Of a stretch of DNA of 9,440 nt, positions 1 through 7,694 are shown one piece after another. Under the pieces are notes generated by a model, which did not search any database, was not told where the DNA came from, and saw only the letters and a program-made list of their open reading frames with translations. Where the stretch lies: the NCBI GenBank assembly GCA_051294375.1, contig JBJCIZ010000818.1:1-9440 (forward strand). The letters are read 5' to 3'. Position 1 is the stretch's first letter; each line of letters begins with the position of its first letter. The translations under genes were made by a program, and so were the position numbers. The stretch is from Paraspadella gotoi. Taxonomy: Eukaryota; Animalia; Chaetognatha.

Positions 1-629
1 AATTCGCGGCAAAAGTCATAATGAAATAATTTAAAATACAGTCACCGCTAAATACAACTGAGTCAAAAAAAACTTAGTACATTTGTGGATGGCACAAGCG
101 GAGTTCAGAAGGAGACCGAAGTGACGTCGGTTGGCGCTCGTGGCCGTAATGGCAAAATGTTATTTAGCTTCGTAATAAAAAGTTAGTTAAACCAACTTTT
201 TGGTTAATGGCTTAAAATGTGACCTTAATATAAATAATCAAAGCATATTAGATATTCCATTTGCTAATTAGCACATGCAATATCTATATGAACAGTAACA
301 AACAATAAAGAAATCAATTAATTTAGCAATTAAATAAACGATTAATAAAGTCATTATTTAATCATAATAAATTAGCAACAAGCTTGTTTGAGTGAAATGA
401 TTCCTCTTGAAATACTTTGTAAAGCCAATAGAGAGAATCAGATCAAACAGCTGACTTTGTTAAATAGTTTGTGTTCTTTTGTTTTGGTCTGACAAAAGAC
501 CAGCAATAATAATCATAATGCTAGTAATAAGATAAAAAGGATCTTTAGTGAGTTCCTCTTATATGACATAGTTGGCGGACTCTGGTCGACCCCGGTTCAT
601 GGCCAGAGAGTTCCGAGTTCAAACCCACA
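1..629 (-). repeat. 3' LTR, U3 portion (truncated by window edge)
   Basis: Begins TGTGGGTTTGAACTC right after the PPT. Positions 85-629 match the reverse complement of 8901-9440. Confidence 0.85.
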
Positions 630-637
630 TCCCCCCC
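630..637 (-). promoter_or_regulatory. Polypurine tract
   Basis: Minus strand TCT-GGGGGGGA immediately before TGTGGG, about 120 nt downstream of the pol stop. Homology with the 8901 copy begins exactly after it. Confidence 0.85.
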
Positions 638-759
638 AGACGGAAATATGGTAAATTTGCGGAAAAACAGGTTTGGGCTCAAATAGGTAAGTTTGAACTA
701 AGTATTAATAAAAAGCAAATGTATCAATTTAAAACAAAAGTAAAATATAGAATAATATA

Positions 760-3700
760 TTATGTGTGCCCAAGTAAGTGTTTAAGCACCATATTGTAAT
801 TCGGGCGTGAATTAATTAAAGTTTTTTCCTTGGGTTCATTCGTTGTTATATTTACATTGTCTACTCCTGAGCGGTAGGCCAGACCCTTTGGCGTTGGGCG
901 CGGAAATGGGCGTAGCCGAGCCGGGCGTTGGCGCTGGGGCGCGGGAGAGGGGGGGAGAGGAGGAAAAAAGGGAAGCACGGGAGAAGGAGGAGGTGCTGCT
1001 GCTGCCGGACGGAAATCTTCATTTTGTTCAGCGTCTTCACTTGTTCCGGGATTAGGCACCTCTATTTCTGGTGGCGTGGATTGTTGAGATGCGTTTAATT
1101 CGTCCTCGTCTCGCCATAGCGTTGCCGGTTTGATACGGGAAATGGCTATCGTTTGGACGTCGCGACCAGGGATTTCAACTTTGAAGTTTAAGTTGTCTCG
1201 GGAGACGACGCGGTATGGGCCTTGATAAGGCGCGGTCAATGGTGGCTTGACGCCGGGGCGCTGAATGAAGACGTGGGTTGCATCAGCGAGGGAATCGGGC
1301 AAATAAAGATGCGGCGTCCGATGCTTCGAGGTCTGTGTTGGCTGGAGTCGTTCGACCTCCATTCTGAGATTGTTCCTGAGGATGCGGCGTTGTTCCGGGA
1401 GCTCGTTGTCACCGGGAGGCGGGGGTAGGAGATCGCCAGGGACGGTCAATCCTTCTCCGAAAACTAGGTCCGCCGGCGAGGCGCCGATATCTGGCTTGAT
1501 GGTTGTACGGATCGCGAGGAGGGCCGTCGGGAGTCGCCAGAACCATTGGTGAGGTTCTTCGCTTCCAAGAGCAATCAGGGACTCTTTGAGACGACGGTGG
1601 AAGCGTTCCACCAGCCCATTGGCCTGCGGATGGTACGCAGTTGTTTGATGGTGGCGAATTCCCCAGATTTGCGCAAGTTGATTCCATGTTGAGGCGTTGA
1701 ACTGTGCGCCGCGGTCGGTCGTGATATCCGACGGCACGCCGAAAGTTGAGATCCACCCATGGACGAGGGTGTCGATCACGGTGGTCGCGGTCATGTCTTT
1801 CATTGGTATGGCTGCGGGCCACCTCGAAAATCGATCAACTACCGTTAGCAGGTAGCTATAACCATTTGATGCAGGCATGACTGTAATGTCAACATTGAGA
1901 TGTTGAAAACGGCGCGCAGGGACGTCGAAATCTCCGATGTTGGGCGTGACATGCCTTGTCACCTTCGCCTGCTGGCATGGGAGGCATTCTCTTGCCCATC
2001 GCGTTGTGTCGGCGCGCAGGGAGGGCCAGACAAACTTTGAAGCGATTGTCTCTCTTGTCCTTGCGACGCCGGGATGACCAAGGCCGTGAACGGCGTCGAA
2101 AATACGTCGACGCCAAGATTCTGGCACGAATGGTCGTGCTGGGCCATTAGAGACGTCGACGAGCAGATCCTGGTTGCCGAGTTTGACTCTGCGGAATCTG
2201 AGCCCAGTCCGGGCGTCTTGGGAGAGGCGCTGAAAATCGCGATCAAGTGCTTGATGCCTCGCCATCTCTTCCAAATCAACACCTTCCTGTCCGATGGCAT
2301 TGACGGTGGCGAGGAGATCCTGGGACTTTTCCGGAGGCACTGGGCGGTCCACTGCTGATATTGGCGCCGGGTTGGGTCGCGATAGGGCGTCGGCGACCAC
2401 GTTCGCCTTTCCCCGGACATGTCGGATGTCCGTCGTGAACTCTGAGATAACTGAGAGTTGAAAATTATGCCGAGTCGTTTGTGGTTCGGCGCGCTTGTGT
2501 AATGCATGAATCAAGGACTGATGGTCCGTGTAAAGAGTGAAGGTTCTGCCTTCCAGCCAGTGTCGAAAGTGTCGTACGGCCCTGAAGGCGCCGTACAACT
2601 CACGGTCAAAGGGTGGCCATCGTCGTTGCGATTGATCGAGCTTGGCTGAGAAAAACGCTAAAGGTTCCCAACCCTGCGGCGTTCTTTGCTCCAAAACGGC
2701 GCCGACTGCGATATCCGAGGCGTCGGTCGTAAGGGCGAGTTGGGCGTTAGTCCGAGGATGACGGAGGAGGGCTGCATTCGCTAATGCCTCCTTGATGGCG
2801 TCAAAAGATTTCGCGCAACTCTCTGACCAATTCAATTGTTTTGGTTTGCCGGCCAGGATATCGTAAAGCGCCGCGGCATGGTGAGCAGCCTTCGGAATAA
2901 AGCGGCGGTAGTAGTTTACCATGCCTAAGAATCGCTGCAACTCCTTGACGGTCGTTGGAGGATTCGTTTCTCGGATGGCGTCGACTTTTTGTGGCAAAGG
3001 TTTTACTCCTGTGGCGTCTACGAGATAACCTAAAAACTCGAGTGAAGATTGGCCGAGCATGCATTTTTTACGGTTAATTACCAAACCGTTCTCGGCGAGG
3101 GAGTCAAAGACTGCCTTCAGGTCCTCAAGATGCTCGTCCTGGTTGGTGCTGGCTACAAGAATGTCATCTAGGTAGACATACGTATGAGGGATGTCGCCTA
3201 GGATCTCGTCCATCATACGCTGAAAATCTTGCCCAGCGTTTTTGAGGCCGAAGGGGGTGCGGAGAAAAACGAACAAGCCGAATGGAGTGATCACTGCTGT
3301 TTTGGGAATGTCTTCTTCGGCTACGGGGATCTGATGGTACCCCTTAAGCAGATCGATCTTTGAAAATATCTTTTTCCCTGCTAGTTCTGCGTTAAAATCG
3401 GCTAATAGTTTAACCGGATATTTGTCGTCTTTAGTTTTCGCGTTCAGGCGACGAAAATCTCCGCAGCATCTCCAGCCTCCATCTGCCTTGGGGACGCAGA
3501 GAAGGGGAGAGGACCATGAGCTTTTTGCTCTTTTGGCGACGCCCAGTGCTACCAACTTCTCGAGCTCCGCCTTAGCTACGGCGAGTTTTTCTGGCGGGAG
3601 TCGACGGGCCCTTGCTTGGCAGGGTCGGCCAAAGGTGGGGATGTGATGTTTTACCCCATGCTTCGGCTCTCTAATTTCGAACGTTGGCGTTGCAAGTGAA

Positions 3701-4158
3701 GGGTATTTGTCGAGTAACTGATAATATACATTATTTTCTTGCTCGACAAGGTTAACGTGAGAAGGTGGGCTAATTTCTGAAACATCACAGGAGATTGTTG
3801 ACAAATCGCGAAGGTCGAGGAGCGTGCCGTCGCGATGATTGGGGGCGAGATAATTTTCAGCCAGGAAATCCGCTCCTAATATGCTTTGAGTCACATCGGC
3901 AATGGTGAAGTCAAAAGCGAATACTCTGGATCCAAGGACTATCCGCCGATGTGCCGTGCCATAAGCTTTGATGGGAGTTCCATTGGCGGCTTGTAACTGA
4001 TGGCCGGAGGGTCCTGCCGCTCGTTGGGCCATTGTGGGCGGAATTAAAGAGATGAGGGCGCCGCCGTCGACAAGCCACTTTCGGCCGTCCGTGGCGTCCT
4101 TGACATAAAGGAGAAAATTATCGGGTGAATCCTGTGTGGCGCGGGGCACAGCGTTCAC
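760..4158 (-). CDS. pol: Pol polyprotein (aspartic protease, reverse transcriptase, RNase H, DDE integrase, GPY/F), probably made as a Gag-Pol fusion
   Basis: Uninterrupted 1132 codons. PR: WLVDGGA..ILGADFL. RT: GDFRRLN, KIDLLKGYHQIP, PFGLKNA, YLDD (3163-3174), FLGY. RNase H: TDASD, DREL, TDH, ADALSR. IN: HGLGH..CLPC, VD..TDRG..GLVERFHR. GPY/F: PYQGPYRV (1213-1230). The GTG start in the track is probably not a real initiation site. Confidence 0.98.
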   Translation of the reverse strand: MNAVPRATQDSPDNFLLYVKDATDGRKWLVDGGALISLIPPTMAQRAAGPSGHQLQAANGTPIKAYGTAHRRIVLGSRVFAFDFTIADVTQSILGADFLAENYLAPNHRDGTLLDLRDLSTISCDVSEISPPSHVNLVEQENNVYYQLLDKYPSLATPTFEIREPKHGVKHHIPTFGRPCQARARRLPPEKLAVAKAELEKLVALGVAKRAKSSWSSPLLCVPKADGGWRCCGDFRRLNAKTKDDKYPVKLLADFNAELAGKKIFSKIDLLKGYHQIPVAEEDIPKTAVITPFGLFVFLRTPFGLKNAGQDFQRMMDEILGDIPHTYVYLDDILVASTNQDEHLEDLKAVFDSLAENGLVINRKKCMLGQSSLEFLGYLVDATGVKPLPQKVDAIRETNPPTTVKELQRFLGMVNYYRRFIPKAAHHAAALYDILAGKPKQLNWSESCAKSFDAIKEALANAALLRHPRTNAQLALTTDASDIAVGAVLEQRTPQGWEPLAFFSAKLDQSQRRWPPFDRELYGAFRAVRHFRHWLEGRTFTLYTDHQSLIHALHKRAEPQTTRHNFQLSVISEFTTDIRHVRGKANVVADALSRPNPAPISAVDRPVPPEKSQDLLATVNAIGQEGVDLEEMARHQALDRDFQRLSQDARTGLRFRRVKLGNQDLLVDVSNGPARPFVPESWRRRIFDAVHGLGHPGVARTRETIASKFVWPSLRADTTRWARECLPCQQAKVTRHVTPNIGDFDVPARRFQHLNVDITVMPASNGYSYLLTVVDRFSRWPAAIPMKDMTATTVIDTLVHGWISTFGVPSDITTDRGAQFNASTWNQLAQIWGIRHHQTTAYHPQANGLVERFHRRLKESLIALGSEEPHQWFWRLPTALLAIRTTIKPDIGASPADLVFGEGLTVPGDLLPPPPGDNELPEQRRILRNNLRMEVERLQPTQTSKHRTPHLYLPDSLADATHVFIQRPGVKPPLTAPYQGPYRVVSRDNLNFKVEIPGRDVQTIAISRIKPATLWRDEDELNASQQSTPPEIEVPNPGTSEDAEQNEDFRPAAAAPPPSPVLPFFPPLPPSPAPQRQRPARLRPFPRPTPKGLAYRSGVDNVNITTNEPKEKTLINSRPNYNMVLKHLLGHT

Positions 4159-4185
4159 CTGCGCTGGCCCGCGACGCCGTTTCCC
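4141..4185 (-). promoter_or_regulatory. -1 programmed ribosomal frameshift signal (slippery G GGA AAC plus downstream stem-loop)
   Basis: Heptamer G GGA AAC (plus-strand 4179-4185) is in X XXY YYZ phase in the gag frame. After a 6-nt spacer comes the hairpin GCGGGCCAGCG-CAGGTGAA-CGCTGTGCCCCGC (4172-4141). The -1 frame reads CGG CGT CGC GGG CCA GCG CAG GTG AAC directly into pol. Confidence 0.85.
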
Positions 4186-5291
4186 GATTGTGGCTCCTTG
4201 CGGCTTCGGCGCTCACCCTTTCGAGCGCAGCCTGGTTCGCAGCGGAAAGCGGCGTCGCCAAATTTCATGTGCCATCGGCAAACTTGTTTCAATCGCGAAT
4301 TCGGAGGTCGGGTGTTTGTCGACGGGCCGCTCGACGAGCTTGCTCCTTTTTGGCGCCAGTCGGATTGTTGGCGGCCCTTGTCGCGACGTTGTCCTTGGAC
4401 CATATTGATGCCGGCGTCACTTTCGCTGCCGGCGTCGCTGTCTGAGTTGTCGAGCTGATGCTCGGCTGTGGCGGCGTTTATCTCTGAGGTTGGCGCCGCG
4501 AGAGTCGGTCGACCTTCGGCGTCGAAGAATTTATCGGCGGCGTCGGCCAATTGCGACGCCGTCCAGTCGTCGACCTTGTCCTCCAATGAGCGTCTGATCT
4601 CGAGAGGGAGGCCGCGGATAATTGTTTCCTTCTTTATGTCGTCAATCGTCACCGACTTAATCTTTTCCTCGAGGCGTGCGAGGTGCTGAGACGGCCGCAT
4701 GCCATCGCGATTGACGCCGTTGAGTAACAGCGCCGCTTGCTGACGCGGTGTCGCTCCATATTCTTTACGGAGGTATGAGATGAACGCCGTCCAATTCGCC
4801 TCGGACGGCTCGCCATAGAGATACGCGTTGACGCGTGGATTGGCGTCGACGCTAATCTTAGACTCCAAATGTGCGAATTTTTCACTCGCCTCCTTAATGT
4901 TCGCTCTGATAAATGCTGCTTCGACTCGTCGAATCCAAATGTCAATGTTCTTCGTGTCGAAGGCTGGCAATTCCGGCTTCTTTTTCTTGTCCAAGGCTTT
5001 CAGGGCCGCTGCTAGGGCCGATCGAAGTGCCTCGGTCTCGTCGTTGCCGGAAATGGCCGCCATTTCGCCGTTGGCGCCGTGAAAGGCCTCGATGTTTGGC
5101 GACGTTGGCGGGAAAGCAAAGAAACGTGGCGAGGTTGGCGGAAAAACGAAAGAGGTCGCTCCTGGTGGATTGACGGGACAGTTGGGAGAATGGTCTCGGG
5201 ACAGGCGGCCTCTGCCGGCGCCTTTCGGAACGGTAAGCGAGGATTGTTGGCGTAACCGAGAAGTTTGACGCGTCTCTCGAAGCTCGCTCAT
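4155..5291 (-). CDS. gag: Gag polyprotein, 378 aa
   Basis: ORF starts about 45 nt after the PBS. KPELPAFDTKNIDIWIRRVEAAFIRANI..KFAHL resembles the conserved N-terminal block (DUF7041-like) of metazoan Gypsy Gags. C-terminal CRWHMKFGDAAFRCEPGC is a C-X2-H-X9-C-X3-C knuckle (4227-4280). A downstream ATG (MAAISG) is an alternative start. Confidence 0.92.
   Translation of the reverse strand: MSELRETRQTSRLRQQSSLTVPKGAGRGRLSRDHSPNCPVNPPGATSFVFPPTSPRFFAFPPTSPNIEAFHGANGEMAAISGNDETEALRSALAAALKALDKKKKPELPAFDTKNIDIWIRRVEAAFIRANIKEASEKFAHLESKISVDANPRVNAYLYGEPSEANWTAFISYLRKEYGATPRQQAALLLNGVNRDGMRPSQHLARLEEKIKSVTIDDIKKETIIRGLPLEIRRSLEDKVDDWTASQLADAADKFFDAEGRPTLAAPTSEINAATAEHQLDNSDSDAGSESDAGINMVQGQRRDKGRQQSDWRQKGASSSSGPSTNTRPPNSRLKQVCRWHMKFGDAAFRCEPGCARKGERRSRKEPQSGNGVAGQRR
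5094..5153 (-). repeat. 30-nt tandem duplication in the Gag N-terminus (SFVFPPTSPR / FFAFPPTSPN)
   Basis: TGGCGA(C/G)GTTGGCGG recurs at 5097 and 5127. Confidence 0.8.
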
Positions 5292-5336
5292 TTAGTTCTT
5301 TGGCGTCGGTCACGTGAAGGTTGGAATTTAATTCGG

Positions 5337-5350
5337 CGTTGGGATCACCA
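5337..5350 (-). promoter_or_regulatory. Primer binding site, tRNA-Trp type
   Basis: Minus strand ..TGCA-C-TGGTGATCCCAACG versus the canonical Trp PBS TGGTGACCCCGACG: 12/14 identical, one difference being a G:U wobble. It lies 1 nt after a CA LTR end. Confidence 0.8.
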
Positions 5351-5351
5351 G

Positions 5352-5850
5352 TGCAGATAACCCTCTACTGACTCCAAGATAGAGCAGAGAAAAGGGAGTC
5401 AGAGAAGAGTAGAGAGGGAGAGAGGGAGAGGAGAGAGATAGCGTAGCAAGTAGAGAGGTTAATAGCAGGAGTAAGGCGACAGGTATAAACGGGAAGACGA
5501 GAAGGAAAAATTCTCCTGGGACGAAAAAAGCGGCGTTTATTTCGCCGTAGTTGTTATTCTTGAGACTAAAAAGGTTGGACGGAGTAGATACAAGGGAGAG
5601 ATAGAAGCGTCAACGCACTTGGGCAAGGATAGGAAGAGAGAACGAAGAGGGCAAGGAAGAAGCGAATGGGTAGAAAGGGAAGCATAAGATAGGAATATGA
5701 GGTATGGAAGGAGAGAAGGAAGAGAGTAGAGAGAGAGAAAGGAAGGAATGAAGAAAAAAAGGAAGAAAGAAAAAAAAAAAAAATAGGAACAGAAAGGGTT
5801 TAAGCAGTGCAGAATGCCGAATCGGAGCATTCGTTTTCACGCCGACCAAA
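5352..5850 (-). repeat. Distal (R-U5-like) part of the Gypsy 5' LTR; upstream boundary uncertain
   Basis: Ends ..TTATCTGCA adjacent to the PBS, contains AATAAA (5541-5536) and has a very pyrimidine-rich sense strand. There is no second copy in the window to confirm it. Confidence 0.6.
5531..5547 (-). terminator. Candidate LTR poly(A) signal in a hairpin loop
   Basis: Minus strand CGGCG-AAATAAA-CGCCG, about 185 nt upstream of the LTR end. Confidence 0.45.
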
Positions 5851-6399
5851 TGTTACAGAGTGACACACACCAGCGCAGCTGATCGGTGATCAATCGTAGT
5901 TTTTTATTTTATGTGATAGTTTTTTACATCTAGGAATAGTAATATTCACATTTTTTAATAAACGGATATTACTCAAAAACTTATTTGACTTTTTTATAAA
6001 TATGAAAGTGTTTGTAATTGTACTCTAATTTTGCATTAGTAAGTTCTTCCATTTTTTTTTGTAGGATCAAATCCGTTTTAGAAGTTAGAAAAAGTTATTT
6101 TCAAAATAATCTCTAAATTTATATTATTGCATTCAATCAACTGAACGATAATAAACGTTTCCATTTAAAAAGGCGACCTTAGCTTTTCCGCTCTTTCTAA
6201 GCAGGCCAGATGATTTTCTCTTTCTGCCAAAAAAGAGATCCAACCATTTTGTTTTCCTCCTTCGGACTTCGTTACCTCCAGAGGTAAACAAACCTTTTGC
6301 CCTTTTGATTTTCCCAGCCTCGTTTTCGCGACCATCGAAGTAAACAGGCGCTAAACGGGGGAAAGCGTCCTCTTCGTCGAGAGACGAGAAGAGAGAGGA

Positions 6400-6403
<4 letters not shown>

Positions 6404-6434
<31 letters not shown>
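6404..6434. repeat. (GA)n microsatellite of about 15 units in a purine-rich tract (about 6380-6440)
   Basis: Read directly from the sequence. Confidence 0.95.
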
Positions 6435-6437
<3 letters not shown>

Positions 6438-7694
6438 GAGCACTAACGACTCTGTGTCAACAGCCCAAAACAGAAAAAAAGGCCAAGGCTTTGAGGCTGT
6501 ACGCATAGTTTTTTTGGAGGAAAAGATTATTCTCTATAATGATTTAGTTAAGAAAATTTACGCTAATAATAGTTTTGTGCTTTTTTAAATTACCTAGCGG
6601 GAAAGTGTGTGTGTGGGAGATTGTATTAAAAACAAGTCTTGTTTGGGGCACTTAGCTCTACCTAATTTTGTACCTTGTCAGATTTCACTGGGGCGACAGC
6701 CATTTCAACTCTGCAAAATAAAGAAATCAATACCAAATCAAAGATTATTTATAAAATAATCAGCAGCAGAGCCAACATGACGTGGTTCATAAGAGAAATA
6801 AAGAGAGCCAGAGAGAGAGAGAGGCTACAGAGTTAGAAAAGAGCTCAAAGGTCTGTAGCAAAATAATAAATTAATTCAAGGTGATTTAAGATTATGTATT
6901 TCAGAGAGTTTACAAATTAGATTATTCATTCACTGTTACCGCTAATGTTTCCATGGCAATCTCTAAAAAGTTTAACGATTCTACTTGCCGCTTATTATAT
7001 AACTTCTTATAATTTAATAGACATTAAAAAGCGACTTTCGACTTTTTTGAGAAATAATACCAATAAATTAAGATCAAAAGGTCTCGTCCAATGCAGATTT
7101 AAGAATAAAATATTAACCCAGTGAAATCATAGAATAGGAGGTTACGAGTTTGAGATTTAAGCTAGTAACGTTATGGTATTCCTATATATAACCGGCGAAT
7201 ATAGATATATTCGAAACTAATTAATATTTTATAATACTATTTAACAATTTCGTACCTATTGCAGATGAAATGCATGATATAAATTTAGTGATAAAATCTT
7301 TCTTAGTTGAAATAGTTAAAGTTTTTGAGAGGAGGGATTCAGGCGCAATAGAAAAATGGAAAACAGGAGTGATTAAAAAGTTTGATAAAAAGCTTCGTAA
7401 AGCAGCAGACTAGGAATAAATACGGTTGTAGGAAATATATTTTTAAAATATTTGTATTATATAAACGTGAATAAATTCAACGGAGAATAATAACAAACAA
7501 GGTAAGCATACATTCCAAACAATTATTACCAATTGTGGGTCAATGTATGATGTCTTCACCTAAGAGATTTGTCGTTGGGCTTGAGTTGTTATTTAGAATT
7601 TGGGACGGGGAAAGTTCAATTTCAGGGGTTTGCGGGGTTTGAGAAGGAAGCGGGAAACAGGGTAGAACGAATGTCGTCATCGGGATTGAGATTT

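Larger units (their letters stand above)
1..5850 (-). mobile_element. Ty3/Gypsy LTR retrotransposon with intact internal region; 3' LTR runs off the window, 5' LTR is interrupted or rearranged
   Basis: Minus-strand order: LTR end (..TGCA, 5352), PBS, gag, pol (PR-RT-RH-IN, the Gypsy order), PPT, LTR start (TGTGGG, 629). The right boundary of 5850 is an estimate. Confidence 0.95.

Noticed and set aside
572-799. 75-aa plus-strand ORF as listed
   Set aside because: It has a TTG start in a region where the LTR copies disagree by indels, so its frame is unreliable. It is considered only as part of the reconstructed antisense ORF.
843-5313. Short ORFs overlapping gag and pol on either strand, such as 1959-2507, 1409-1822, 4125-4445 and 4942-5313
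   Set aside because: Shadow ORFs of GC-rich coding DNA with no recognisable motifs.
5537-5849. Hydrophobic Phe/Leu/Ser-rich ORFs resembling membrane or env peptides
   Set aside because: They are translations of the CT-rich low-complexity tract and lie upstream of the PBS, not at an env position.
5832-5850. Alternative PBS (ACA-TT-TGGTCGGCGTG on the minus strand)
   Set aside because: I cannot match it to a standard eukaryotic tRNA 3' end, whereas the Trp-type PBS near gag fits well. Not fully excluded without the host tRNA set.
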